From contig CAWBMP010000004.1 of NCBI GenBank assembly GCA_963790025.1, positions 736,001 to 800,000 on the forward strand: a stretch of 64,000 bases of DNA, in the 5' to 3' direction. This DNA is from Nitrospirota bacterium. Lineage in GTDB: Bacteria > Nitrospirota > Thermodesulfovibrionia > Thermodesulfovibrionales > Dissulfurispiraceae. Numbering within the stretch: position 1 is the first letter of the stretch; each line of letters opens with the position of its first letter. Under the pieces are notes generated by a model. It worked only from the letters and a program-made list of their open reading frames with translations, ran no database searches and was not told where the DNA came from. Positions 48,354-58,392 of the stretch are shown here, piece after piece. Position numbers and translations under genes: made by a program.

Positions 48354-49689
48354 TTTCGTACCGAGGGCAATAGTTGCCGAACTGGACAAATACATCATCG
48401 GGCAGGATAAAGCAAAGAGGGCAGTCGCCATCGCCCTGCGGAACAGGTGGCGGAGGCAGCGTCTTTCCCCCGAGCTAAGGGACGAAGTGCTGCCCAAGAA
48501 TATAATTATGATAGGACCTACAGGTGTCGGCAAAACAGAAATAGCCCGGAGACTGGCGCGGCTTGCCAATGCGCCGTTCCTCAAAATAGAGGCTTCCAAG
48601 TTCACCGAGGTCGGATATGTGGGCCGTGATGTGGAATCGATCATAAGGGACCTTCTGGAAATCGCGCTCAATATGGTAAAAACAGAACACATGGGAAAAG
48701 TTCAGGAAAAGGCCAGGACGCTGGCTGAGGAGAGGCTCCTCGATCTCCTGCTTCCACAGCAGAAAGCAACACGGGGGGCCGCACCCGACGAGCAGGAGAA
48801 GGAGAGTTCCAATGAAACGCGCGAGCGTTTAAGGGCCCAGCTTAAAGAGGGCAAACTGGATTCCCGCTATGTGGACGTTGAAGTAAAAGAAAAAATGATG
48901 CCCTTCGGGGTTGTATCCAATGTGGGGATGGAGGAACTGGAGATCAATCTGAAAGAGATGCTCGGCAACTTTCTTCCTGAGAAATCAAAACGGAAGAAAG
49001 TGAGGGTCTCTGAGGCATTGATCATGCTTACCCAGGAGGAAGCGAACAAGCTTGTTGACATGGAAAAAGTTACCAGGGAAGCACGGGAGAGGACCGAACA
49101 GACGGGGATAGTTTTTCTTGACGAGATAGATAAAATAGCAAGCAGGGCCCAGGGACACGGTGGTCCCGATGTATCGAGGGAGGGTGTCCAGAGGGACCTT
49201 CTGCCCGTTGTCGAGGGCTCGTCAGTCAATACAAAACATGGCCAGGTGAAGACAGACCATATTCTTTTCATAGCCGCAGGCGCCTTTCACATCGCCAAGC
49301 CTTCGGACCTCATCCCCGAACTCCAGGGAAGATTTCCCATAAGGGTGGAACTGGATTCCCTCGGCAAGGAGGAATTTATCAGGATCCTTACCGAACCGCA
49401 TAACGCACTGACCAAGCAATACACAGCGCTTCTCGAAACGGAAGAGGTAACGCTTGAATTCAAGGATTCCGCAATCGACGAACTGGCGACACTGGCTGTC
49501 GTAGTGAACGAAAAGACGGAAAACATCGGCGCCAGAAGGCTCCATACCGTGCTCGAAAAGTTGCTTGAGGAGGTGTCGTTCAGCGCTCCCGAAATTAAAG
49601 GTCAGACTATCGTAATCGACAAACAATATGTAAGGGACAAGCTCGCGGATGTGGTCAAAGACGAAGACCTCAGCAGGTACATCCTATAA
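48346..49689 (+). CDS. hslU: ATP-dependent protease ATPase subunit HslU
   Basis: [31 protein letters not shown]. Confidence 0.97.
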   Translation: MDNFVPRAIVAELDKYIIGQDKAKRAVAIALRNRWRRQRLSPELRDEVLPKNIIMIGPTGVGKTEIARRLARLANAPFLKIEASKFTEVGYVGRDVESIIRDLLEIALNMVKTEHMGKVQEKARTLAEERLLDLLLPQQKATRGAAPDEQEKESSNETRERLRAQLKEGKLDSRYVDVEVKEKMMPFGVVSNVGMEELEINLKEMLGNFLPEKSKRKKVRVSEALIMLTQEEANKLVDMEKVTREARERTEQTGIVFLDEIDKIASRAQGHGGPDVSREGVQRDLLPVVEGSSVNTKHGQVKTDHILFIAAGAFHIAKPSDLIPELQGRFPIRVELDSLGKEEFIRILTEPHNALTKQYTALLETEEVTLEFKDSAIDELATLAVVVNEKTENIGARRLHTVLEKLLEEVSFSAPEIKGQTIVIDKQYVRDKLADVVKDEDLSRYIL

Positions 49690-49696
49690 ATAAGAA

Positions 49697-49813
49697 GACA
49701 GGGAGAAGCGGTGACACGGAGACACGGGGACGAGGATAAAACGGCAAAACGTCATGTAAAGCGTATCTTTTTTTCAGTTTCTCCGCTTCCCCGCGTCCCT
49801 GTGTCCCCGCATC
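49697..49813. repeat. 8-bp-period inverted repeat (GACACGGA/G ... CCGCGTC/CCTGTGTC) overlapping the rlpA 5' end
   Basis: GACACGGAGACACGGGGACG facing CCCCGCGTCCCTGTGTCCCCGCATC. Confidence 0.65.
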
Positions 49814-50526
49814 GCTTTTTTCTTTTTTCCGCGTGTCTTTTTTTATTCTTCCTGCTGGCTTCATGCGCTGCCAGACAGGCGGTATCCCCGGAGCCGCCTC
49901 CAGTAGTACTCAGCCAGCCCCAGCTGCAGCCAATGCAGGAGATGAAGGGAGAGCAGAGGACGGTCCTGGCCTCCTGGTACGGCCCCGACTTTCACGGTAA
50001 GCCGACATCTTCAGGGGAGATGTTCAACATGTATGCGCTTACCTGCGCGCACAGGGACTATCCTTTCGGGACCAGATTGCGTGTTATCAATACCCGAAAC
50101 AGTAAAGAGGTGGAATGCACGGTCAATGACCGTGGGCCCTTTGTTGCCGGCCGTGACCTCGATCTTTCCTATGCTGCTGCAAAAAAGATAGACCTCATCG
50201 GCCCTGGTACCGCCGCAGTGCTGATTGAGCCTGTAGGCAGAGATATGCGCTATGTTAAATACGTCAGATACAGTGGAAGGCTCGGCCAGGTGGTCACCAT
50301 CCAGGTGGGTTCATTCAGGGACGAGACCTTTGCAAAACGGTTGAAGACAGCACTGGAACTGCGGTATTCAAATGTGTATATAATGCAGGCTGATGTGGGA
50401 GGTGTAAAGCATTACCGGGTGCGAATAGGCAAATTCAGGACCAGAGACGAAGCTGCTGCCAGCGGCAAAGCTCTCGCAGATGAAGGGTACAATGTACTTA
50501 TAACCAAATTTGAGCAGCAGATATAA
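49711..50526 (+). CDS. rlpA: Septal ring lytic transglycosylase RlpA family lipoprotein with SPOR domain (start uncertain)
   Basis: Lipobox LASC; ASWYG..FHGK.TSSGE, VNDRGPF, DLS; C-terminal SPOR (IQVGSF...YRVRIG). Confidence 0.9.
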   Translation: MTRRHGDEDKTAKRHVKRIFFSVSPLPRVPVSPHRFFLFSACLFLFFLLASCAARQAVSPEPPPVVLSQPQLQPMQEMKGEQRTVLASWYGPDFHGKPTSSGEMFNMYALTCAHRDYPFGTRLRVINTRNSKEVECTVNDRGPFVAGRDLDLSYAAAKKIDLIGPGTAAVLIEPVGRDMRYVKYVRYSGRLGQVVTIQVGSFRDETFAKRLKTALELRYSNVYIMQADVGGVKHYRVRIGKFRTRDEAAASGKALADEGYNVLITKFEQQI

Positions 50527-50540
50527 AATAAACAGGACGA

Positions 50541-50672
50541 TTCACCACGGAGACACAGAGAAAGAACAGAAGCCACAGAGAAAAAAACAATAAAAGAAGG
50601 GGAAAGACCTCTGTCTTTGATTCTAATAATATTTAAGCTTTTCTTTGTGGCTCAGTGTCTCTGTGGTTAAAT
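50541..50672. repeat. ACCACAGAG/CTCTGTGGT-family inverted repeat
   Basis: ACCACGGAGACACAGAG ... CTCAGTGTCTCTGTGGT; second family member at 63053-63233. Confidence 0.7.
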
Positions 50673-50708
50673 CTTTTCTCTGTAGTTAAGGTTTGAAAAG
50701 GGGTGTTT

Positions 50709-51587
50709 ATGGAAAAGCTGATTGAGAAAGCGAACATTCTGATTGAGGCATTGCCTTTTATCCGCAATTTCTATGGAAAGACCTTTGTCATCAAGTACGG
50801 CGGGGCCGCGCAGACCGAAGAAAAACTCAAAAACAGTTTTGCTCAGGACATCGTCCTTCTGAATTTCATCGGCATCAAACCGGTAATCGTCCATGGCGGC
50901 GGTCCCAGGATAAGCCAGATAATGAAAAAAATGGGCAAAGAACCGAAATTTATCCAGGGGCAGCGGGTCACGGACAAAGAGACCATGGACATAGTCGAAA
51001 TGGTGCTTGGAGGCCTCATCAACAAAGAAATAGTCGCGCTGATAAACAGTCACGGCGGCAAGGCTATCGGGCTGAGCGGCAAGGACGGCGCACTCATCAA
51101 AGCTAAAAAGAAACTCCTGAAAAAATCGGCTGATAACGGCGGGGAAGAGATTATAGACATGGGACTTGTCGGAGAGGTCGCTTCAGTCGATCCGGGCATA
51201 CTGGATTCTATAGAAAAGGGCGGTTTTGTGCCGGTCATCTCACCTATAGGTGTCGGCAGCAAAGGGGAAGCGTTCAATATTAATGCGGATTATGTGGCAT
51301 CAGCGATTGCATCTTCTTTAAAAGCGGAGAAATTCATACTCCTCACCGATGTACCGGGCATATGCGATAGAAAAGGCAGTGTAATACCGACGATCGGTAA
51401 AAAAGAGATAAAAAAGCTTGTTGACAACGGAACTATTTCAGGGGGCATGCTCCCGAAGGTGCAGGCAGGCGCACGCGCCATTGATGCGGGTGTGAAAAAG
51501 ACGCACATCGTTGACGGCAGAATCCCCCATTGCCTGCTTCTTGAGATATTCACAAAAGAGGGAATCGGCACGGAAATCGTCGGGTAG
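50709..51587 (+). CDS. argB: Acetylglutamate kinase
   Basis: VIKYGG, VHGGGP, NINAD, LTDV, GGMLPK. Confidence 0.97.
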   Translation: MEKLIEKANILIEALPFIRNFYGKTFVIKYGGAAQTEEKLKNSFAQDIVLLNFIGIKPVIVHGGGPRISQIMKKMGKEPKFIQGQRVTDKETMDIVEMVLGGLINKEIVALINSHGGKAIGLSGKDGALIKAKKKLLKKSADNGGEEIIDMGLVGEVASVDPGILDSIEKGGFVPVISPIGVGSKGEAFNINADYVASAIASSLKAEKFILLTDVPGICDRKGSVIPTIGKKEIKKLVDNGTISGGMLPKVQAGARAIDAGVKKTHIVDGRIPHCLLLEIFTKEGIGTEIVG

Positions 51588-51601
51588 CGGCGAGCCGGCG
51601 A

Positions 51602-52045
51602 CTATTTTAGAACAATTTGCGTTTCTAAAATAGCCACCGTATCTTCGACTAATTTGAAACAAATACTTTTAAAAAGGTTCTTTTCCCTAGCTTCCGCAAA
51701 TCCTTTTTCAGAGCTTATATCCATCCCCACTAATTGCCTGCACTCAATCGATCCATGCCTTTTTTCAAATTCTTCTATAAATTCCCTGACTTTCCTGTAC
51801 GTTAAGGGTTTAGAGTCTTTGTCTTCCGACTTGTATTTGCCGTACTTTAAACCTATGACCAAAAAGGCCCCTGTCACAGCTCCGCAGGTCCTTGCCGTGC
51901 ACCCCATCCCGGCGCCTAACCCACAAGCCAATTTCAATGCCTTTGTTTCCTCAAGTTCATAGTCTTTCGCAAATGCAGCAAGCACCGACTGAGCACAATT
52001 GAAATCGTTACTGAATAAATCCAACGCCTTCTCGGCATATGTCAT
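51602..52045 (-). CDS. C_GCAxxG_C_C family putative redox protein
   Basis: FNCAQSV, GLGAGMG, TCGAVTG, GSIECRQL, C-terminal Cys; SD AGGAGG. Confidence 0.88.
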   Translation of the reverse strand: MTYAEKALDLFSNDFNCAQSVLAAFAKDYELEETKALKLACGLGAGMGCTARTCGAVTGAFLVIGLKYGKYKSEDKDSKPLTYRKVREFIEEFEKRHGSIECRQLVGMDISSEKGFAEAREKNLFKSICFKLVEDTVAILETQIVLK

Positions 52046-52890
52046 AGCCACCTCCTGACCAATTTTAGATTCCTGATGTCGTCATCTTCACTTTTCTTGG
52101 GCGTTTCGAGGATAAGAGGGATTGATTTCAACGCAGGATGATTTACAAATCTTTTTAGTCCTTCCTTGCCGATCCGGCCCTGTCCAATGTGTTCGTGCCT
52201 GTCAACTTTGGAATTGCAATCTTTTTTTGAATCATTCAGATGTATAAGTTTTACTGCGTCGATGCCGACATGAGTTTCTATTTCCCGCACGAATTCCGAC
52301 AAGCCGTCCCGGTCAGTCAAATTGTATCCTGAGGCAAAAGCGTGACACGTATCGATGCATAGTCCTCCAATCAGATCCCTGTCCATACCATACATAATAT
52401 CGGCAAGGTCCCTGATATGGGACGAGATATCGCCTTTTTCTCCGGCAGTATTCTCAAGAAGGAGCCGGGCCCGCCACTTTTTTTCTCCTGATGCTGTTTT
52501 AAGTGCCTGAACAGCTCTTCTCCGTGCATTGTCTTCCTTATCTTGTGAAGAGCTGCCTGTATGAAGCACTAAATAATCTGCGCCTAATGAGTCCGCCAGA
52601 TTCATCTCTTTTACCAGAAGGCCGATCGATTTATCCATAATTCCGGTGTTTGAAGCAGCAAGGTTTATCAGGTAAGAAGTATGTATGAAAACAGGATTTA
52701 TATCGTAAGCGTTTCTCAGTTCCCTGAATTTTGAAATTGAATCCTCCGGTATTATCCTCACACACCATTGCCTGGGATTATGAGAAAAAATCTGCATCGT
52801 CGAGCAACCAAGGTCCCCTGCCCTTTCAATTGCCAGATGAATGCCGCCCGCTATGGAGGTGTGGACACCGAGTCTTCTTTGTGGGTTCAC
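52042..52890 (-). CDS. nfo: Endonuclease IV (AP endonuclease)
   Basis: GVHTSIAGG, HTSYLINLA, LLENTAG, IDTCH, HLNDSK, DRHEHIG, LETP. Confidence 0.95.
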   Translation of the reverse strand: MNPQRRLGVHTSIAGGIHLAIERAGDLGCSTMQIFSHNPRQWCVRIIPEDSISKFRELRNAYDINPVFIHTSYLINLAASNTGIMDKSIGLLVKEMNLADSLGADYLVLHTGSSSQDKEDNARRRAVQALKTASGEKKWRARLLLENTAGEKGDISSHIRDLADIMYGMDRDLIGGLCIDTCHAFASGYNLTDRDGLSEFVREIETHVGIDAVKLIHLNDSKKDCNSKVDRHEHIGQGRIGKEGLKRFVNHPALKSIPLILETPKKSEDDDIRNLKLVRRWL

Positions 52891-52961
52891 AGTACATAAT
52901 TATACCTAAGGCAGGAAAGTCCCGTCACTCCTGTCATGCTGACGGGATGAAAACATCAGGA

Positions 52962-54035
52962 TTACTCTGACTCCCGGAGCAATTCCTCCAGGTACGGCTT
53001 CCATATCGATGCCCTGGTCAGGGTTTGATGCCCTAAAGTCTGGCTGCTGGCAGGCACCAAAACAAAACGGCCTCTTGGAATTTTGGCGACAAGTTTTTCC
53101 ATAACGTTCAGTTCAGCTGGATTAAGCATATCATCAGCAAAGTTTACCGCCACCAGGCGCGCCCTAATCTTGCTGAGATTGGGTTCCGGATTATAGTCCC
53201 ATGACGACTCGAACCAGTAGAGATAGTCATTGGCGTCGATCTTACTGAGCCCGCCGACCAACTTATCGTAAAATGCATTGGCCTCCTGCCGCGTTGGCCC
53301 CTGCAACTGGAGATGCAGGGCGCTGTCGACCATAAGAGTAAACAGCGGTGCAGTGTATAGCCACTGTTTGGGAGAGGCTTTGTAATTTCCGCCATCCCAC
53401 CCGGCATCGTTTCTGATAGCCTCGGTAATAATGCGCCGCCAGAGCAGGTTTCGTCCGGAGATCTGTGTAGGCTGACTGGCGATCGGCATCAGCGCGTCCA
53501 TCATGTCAGGATACTGCTCGCCCCACATCCATGTCTGCATGCCCCCCATAGAGGTGCCCAGCACAAGCCGCAGGTGGTCAACGCCCAGCCCTTTGGTAAC
53601 CAGCAGATACTGCGCTGAGACGACATCATTATACCCGTACCTCGGGAATTTAGCGCGCATGCCGTCGCTAGGCTTGCTGGATCCGCCCCGTCCGAGACCG
53701 TCCGGCAATATCAGGTAGTACCGTGAGGCATCAAGAGGCTGCCCAGGCCCGAACAGTTCGCCGGCAATCCCGGGGGCCAGGAAGTTTTTCCCTGTTCCTA
53801 TGGTGCCATGAAGCATAAGCACAGCATTCGTGATTCGGCCTGCTTTATCGCGGCGCGGGGTGCCGAGCGTTGTGCAATGCAAGCGCAACTCCGGCAATAT
53901 CTCTCCACTCTGGAATTTAAAATCTTTGACGCTATAATCGCCCTCTCGCTGGTTCGGATATATCGGCGACGCTGTCCATGCCGTAGCAGGCAACAGGAGC
54001 AGCACTAGACCTATGATCATTACCACTCTTTCCAT
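52962..54035 (-). CDS. Exported alpha/beta hydrolase of the homoserine O-acetyltransferase-like family
   Basis: Signal peptide; LHGT, SSKPSDG, GTSMGGM, FADD, GH. Confidence 0.8.
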   Translation of the reverse strand: MERVVMIIGLVLLLLPATAWTASPIYPNQREGDYSVKDFKFQSGEILPELRLHCTTLGTPRRDKAGRITNAVLMLHGTIGTGKNFLAPGIAGELFGPGQPLDASRYYLILPDGLGRGGSSKPSDGMRAKFPRYGYNDVVSAQYLLVTKGLGVDHLRLVLGTSMGGMQTWMWGEQYPDMMDALMPIASQPTQISGRNLLWRRIITEAIRNDAGWDGGNYKASPKQWLYTAPLFTLMVDSALHLQLQGPTRQEANAFYDKLVGGLSKIDANDYLYWFESSWDYNPEPNLSKIRARLVAVNFADDMLNPAELNVMEKLVAKIPRGRFVLVPASSQTLGHQTLTRASIWKPYLEELLRESE

Positions 54036-54345
54036 GGGGTTACTCCTCTCTTCTCACTATAACTTTCATAAATTTGGCCCTCCTAAGTAAAAAGGTCTAC
54101 CTGGCTAACCTGTATTAAGTATAGCTTCGTCCGGGCGCTTTGAAAAGAACAAAAAAGGGGCGTCCTTTCGCATCACATTTCAAGAAGGCTAGCGTGGTGT
54201 TGTTTACTGTCAGGAGCTGAGAAAACAATCCTTACTAAATGGTCCAGATTTCTTATAATATATGCGATGCTAAAATCTTAAATTCACTGTGCGACGAGTT
54301 GCCTCTTTCGGATTATGAGGCATAGCCGTTGAGAGGAGGAAAATC

Positions 54346-54846
54346 ATGCAGGTTCTGGTGCTTTATTATTCAAAGGGCGGGTCAACCAAAAAACTTGCAG
54401 AAGCAGTAGCAGAGGGAGTGGGGTCGGCAGGAGCGCAAGCGGTCCTGAAATCTACACAGGAGGTGACCAAGGACGACTTTCTCAATTCTTCAGGGATTAT
54501 TGCCGGATCACCGGTGTATTTCGGCATTATGGCTGCCGACCTGAAACGAGTGTTCGATGAATTCATCAGTACCAGACGTAGAATGGAGAACAAAGTTGGT
54601 GCCGCTTTTGCCAGCGGCGGCCATCATACCGGAGGTAAAGAGACTACAATCTTCTCTATTATCCAGTGCATGATGATCTACGGCATGATTATAGTAGGCG
54701 ATCCGATGAATGCCAGTGGCCACTATGGGGCAGCTTGCGTCGGCTCACCTAACGAAGAGGCAAAAGACGATGCCCGCAAGCTCGGCCACAGGGTAGCGGA
54801 ACTGTGCAAGGTGATTAATGGCAAACTGAAGCCTTCAAAACCGTAA
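54346..54846 (+). CDS. WrbA-like flavodoxin / NAD(P)H-dependent oxidoreductase
   Basis: YYSKGGSTKKLA, GSPVYFG, VGAAF, GGKETT, GHYG. Confidence 0.88.
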   Translation: MQVLVLYYSKGGSTKKLAEAVAEGVGSAGAQAVLKSTQEVTKDDFLNSSGIIAGSPVYFGIMAADLKRVFDEFISTRRRMENKVGAAFASGGHHTGGKETTIFSIIQCMMIYGMIIVGDPMNASGHYGAACVGSPNEEAKDDARKLGHRVAELCKVINGKLKPSKP

Positions 54847-54894
54847 GCAAATAAGAAAGGCATTTTTTGATTTTTGAGTGTAGTAAAATATACG

Positions 54895-54964
54895 ATGCGA
54901 GTAGTGTTACAACGAGTAACGAGCGCTCGTGTGATTTATAGACAACCAGGAAGTGGGCCGCGTC
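54895..54964 (+). pseudogene. dtd: Frameshifted N-terminal remnant of D-aminoacyl-tRNA deacylase
   Basis: MRVVLQRVTSARVI then +1 shift IDNQEVGRV; matches Dtd N-terminus pattern MR.V.QRV..A.V...vG.I. Confidence 0.6.
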
Positions 54965-55126
54965 CGTATCGTACAACAACCGTCCGAAATATCCTGGCAC
55001 TATGTTTCTATTCATAGAGATGCGAAGTAAGTACCAATTTGGAGTTAATGTTACTGTTGAAGGTGTCTGTTATGACATGTCCTGGCCGTTCTACTGTCTT
55101 TCTGAATAAAAAGGTGAGGTGACGAA

Positions 55127-55573
55127 ATGAGTAAAATAAGCTTTGTACTTGCGTTTATTTCAATATCGATAGGAATTAATGCCGTGGCAGAGGGGGCCGA
55201 GTGGATGCCTTACTATGACAATCAAAGTGTTGTGCGTTACTATGATACGCAGAGCATTAAAGACATATCAAAGGATATCTGGAGAGTGTGGACTAAAGAT
55301 GTTCTTAAAACACAAGAACAGAAAGACTTGGTCATAGAGAATCGCTTTTACTACAAACAGTCTATTAAAGGATATGAGGATTATAGCTATCAACAGCATT
55401 TCTTGGAAATTAATTGCTCTACAGACGAAATACGTATGGTAAGCTCTGTTGACTATAACAAAGATGACAATATTCTGGCCACAAGCGATTCCGCAACCGA
55501 ATGGAGGCGTGTTGTTCCTGAATCAATTATAGAGAAACTTTTTAATATTGTCTGCAAGTCAGGAAAGAAATGA
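55127..55573 (+). CDS. Exported hypothetical protein (surface-adhesin E-like)
   Basis: Signal peptide; YYDTQSI, RVWTK, EINC, W..VVPESI.E.L...VC. Confidence 0.7.
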   Translation: MSKISFVLAFISISIGINAVAEGAEWMPYYDNQSVVRYYDTQSIKDISKDIWRVWTKDVLKTQEQKDLVIENRFYYKQSIKGYEDYSYQQHFLEINCSTDEIRMVSSVDYNKDDNILATSDSATEWRRVVPESIIEKLFNIVCKSGKK

Positions 55574-55799
55574 GCTGTAATTGAAACAAAGGTCGTCCGA
55601 GAGGTAAATTATATTTAATGAAAGTACTAGTTGCCAGATTGCTTTACCCAATGGATGTCAGGTCCGAATCCCAGGTTTTGATAGGAACACTATTGACCCC
55701 TGAAATCATTTGGCTCTTGATTGCGCCCTCCAGATGATAACTGATACTGCTGACGGCTCTCCGTTGATGTTGATTTCAGCCGGTCTTCAGAGCTTTTAA

Positions 55800-55925
55800 C
55801 ATCGGGAGGATAGAACTCCCGGTACCCTTTTTACTCTCTGACCTTCGGCACATTGGCTTTAAAGATTTCGAGAAACTCCGAAAGGCTTCCAGGTCTCACA
55901 AGAACCGAGCAATTACATTGATCAT
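55800..55925 (-). pseudogene. Remnant of ABM-family (putative quinol monooxygenase) gene
   Basis: SD GGAGG; MINVIA/frameshift/VLVRPGSLSEFLEIFKANVPKVRE*KG..EFYP. Confidence 0.6.
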
Positions 55926-56050
55926 CTTCACCCTCCTTTTTTGTTTCTCTTTCACGTGCCATCATATTTTCTACCTGTCCCAATTTACTCAAAGGCATCG
56001 ATTCTTGTGACTTATCACGTGGGCACTCACGGGGAAAAAATATTTATGAT

Positions 56051-57187
56051 TTATTCAGGCTCCCGTGTAGATCTCTGCCGCTTTTGGGCTTCCTTTTTTT
56101 GAACGATACAATAAATACCACCTTCCCTTAGTCCCGGCTTGAAACAGCCATTGCACGAGATGCAGCGTGCAGGAGAGCGATCACCTTCCTGCCAGCGTTT
56201 GATCAACTGCGGCTCTCGTATGAAGGGGCGGGACATGGAAATGTAATCCATTTCGCCTTCGATAACGGCTTTATTGATAACTTCGAGCGACCTGAACCCT
56301 CCTACCGCCATTATAGGGCATCGAACCGCTTTTTTTATCTCTCTTGCTAGTGCGAGGTTGTAAGCTTCCAGTTCAGGTTTATCGATTCCAATCCTCACCG
56401 GAACTTTTTCGCCCGAGGCCGAGGTTCCGCCACTCACTTCTATGGCATCTATATGTTCCTTGTCCAGCATGCGGGCTGCACTAACAGCGTCGCTTAAATC
56501 GAGACCGCCCTCAAGATTGTCAGAGCCGTTTAATTTGGCAAGAACCGGAAAATCAGCACCCACCTCCGACCGGACACGGCGGTAAACCTCCATAAGAAAA
56601 CGACATCGGTTCTCCAAAGAGCCGCCGTAGCCGTCATTCCTTCTGTTGGTAAGCGGTGAGAGAAACTGATTAATGAGATAACCATGTGCTGAATGCAGCT
56701 GGATCGCATCAAAGCCGTACTCCTTTGCCCGTCTGGCAGAATGGCCGAAAGCCTCAACAATTTCATCTATGTCCTTTTTGCTCATGGACTCAGGTTCTTC
56801 AGGAAATTGGTCAACCTTCACAACTGAAGGGGCAAGAGGGCGTCTTCCTGCCGTTTTAGCCGTAGTCTGACCACCTGCATGAACAAGCTGCATACATATT
56901 TTGCCACTCTGATTGTGGACAGCTTGGGTAAGGGATCGCATTTCTGTAGCAAAATCGTCCGTATGGATTCCCATTTTCCCGGGTAACTGTTTACCATCCG
57001 GCCTCACAAATGCATAGCCGGTAATAATCAATCCGACACCGCCGGCGGCGAGACTACGGTAGCAGGCGGCGAGCTTTGTTGTAGGACGCCCGTCCTGTTC
57101 GCACATGCCTTCCCATGTCGCAGACCGGACGAACCTGTTGGCGAGTGACATACCATTGATTGTCGATAATTCGAATAATGTTTTCAT
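56051..57187 (-). CDS. NADH:flavin oxidoreductase (Old Yellow Enzyme family)
   Basis: NRFVRSATWEG, QLVHAG, HSAHGYLINQFLSP.TN.R.D.YGGSLENR, CISCNGC. Confidence 0.93.
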   Translation of the reverse strand: MKTLFELSTINGMSLANRFVRSATWEGMCEQDGRPTTKLAACYRSLAAGGVGLIITGYAFVRPDGKQLPGKMGIHTDDFATEMRSLTQAVHNQSGKICMQLVHAGGQTTAKTAGRRPLAPSVVKVDQFPEEPESMSKKDIDEIVEAFGHSARRAKEYGFDAIQLHSAHGYLINQFLSPLTNRRNDGYGGSLENRCRFLMEVYRRVRSEVGADFPVLAKLNGSDNLEGGLDLSDAVSAARMLDKEHIDAIEVSGGTSASGEKVPVRIGIDKPELEAYNLALAREIKKAVRCPIMAVGGFRSLEVINKAVIEGEMDYISMSRPFIREPQLIKRWQEGDRSPARCISCNGCFKPGLREGGIYCIVQKKEAQKRQRSTREPE

Positions 57188-57389
57188 GCAGTATCCTCTC
57201 TGTTATCATATTGTTTCTGCTTATTTGATATTGTAACAGTATCTTACATGGATTTTAAGGGAATTAACATGAATTGCGTCTATTGGGGAATTTAGGGCTG
57301 CAATAGTTCATTTGCCTGAACTGCAACAATTATCGTTTGTAACCTTCATAGGAGCATGGTTTGCGTCGAGCGTTTGTTTCCGCGAGTAT

Positions 57390-58190
57390 TTAAGGTTTTT
57401 TGAACAAGAAGTCCAGGACAGATTGCACGAATACTCCGGGGTTCTCCAAGTAAAGTGAATGAGCTGCACCATTAATAACTTTAAAAGCTGCACCTGGTAT
57501 ACTTTTGGCCAATCTTCCGCACATTTGAACAGGAAACAGCAGATCTTCACTCCCAGCGATTACAAGCGTTTTTGCGACAATCGTGGTCAGTTGGTCCGTA
57601 CAATTGAACTCCCTGATCGTGTTGACCTGCTTCCTGAAGGAGGCTGGATTAGGTGGATATGGATAAGCTATCTCAAATTGTAAAGCATCCTCGACAGCTT
57701 TTTCATTTTCAAAAAAACGGTCGGAGAATATCCAGTAGAAGACGGACCGAAACCAAGTCTTCAGGTCGAGTCCCGCTTGCAGAGAACAAGCCCAATTTGA
57801 GAATAGGTCATTGTTCCGCTTGGAATTGCAAGACGAGGTAGCTGCCAGTATGAGCTTGTCGACAAATCCAGGAAAATTAATAGCACATTCCTGTGCCACA
57901 AAGCCGCCCATAGAGTGCCCAAGCACATTAACTGATTTCAGTCCCAAATGCCTGATGAGAGCAATGCAGTCGACTGCCATCGCTTGGATGCTTGTCTCTG
58001 CATCAAGCGGACTTGTTCGTCCCACACCTCTGTTATCGAAAGTGATCACCTGGCATCGTGAAATAAGCTCGCCGATTATAGGTTGCCAACTCTGGGAATC
58101 AGATGCCAGACCTGCGATGAGAAGCACCGGAACGCCGTCGCCTTGCACCTCATAATAAAGTTCGATATCATTGATTGCCAGCTTAGGCAT
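57390..58190 (-). CDS. Alpha/beta hydrolase
   Basis: FDNRGVG, GHSMGG, GSED, AH. Confidence 0.9.
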   Translation of the reverse strand: MPKLAINDIELYYEVQGDGVPVLLIAGLASDSQSWQPIIGELISRCQVITFDNRGVGRTSPLDAETSIQAMAVDCIALIRHLGLKSVNVLGHSMGGFVAQECAINFPGFVDKLILAATSSCNSKRNNDLFSNWACSLQAGLDLKTWFRSVFYWIFSDRFFENEKAVEDALQFEIAYPYPPNPASFRKQVNTIREFNCTDQLTTIVAKTLVIAGSEDLLFPVQMCGRLAKSIPGAAFKVINGAAHSLYLENPGVFVQSVLDFLFKKP

Positions 58191-58392
58191 TCTTGACCTC
58201 AGTGCTTATTTTCAGACAGTATATCATGAAGAAGTGGCCCAATCCGAAGGTTGCACATGATCTTTTTGGTACATTTTAAAAATAACTCCCTAAGCAAATC
58301 AATTTCACGGTCAAAGGCAATATCTGTTTATTACATGCTTTACATAGTGAGGTGAATACGCGGGGTTGATTTTTGAGAGATGTTGCTGCGTC

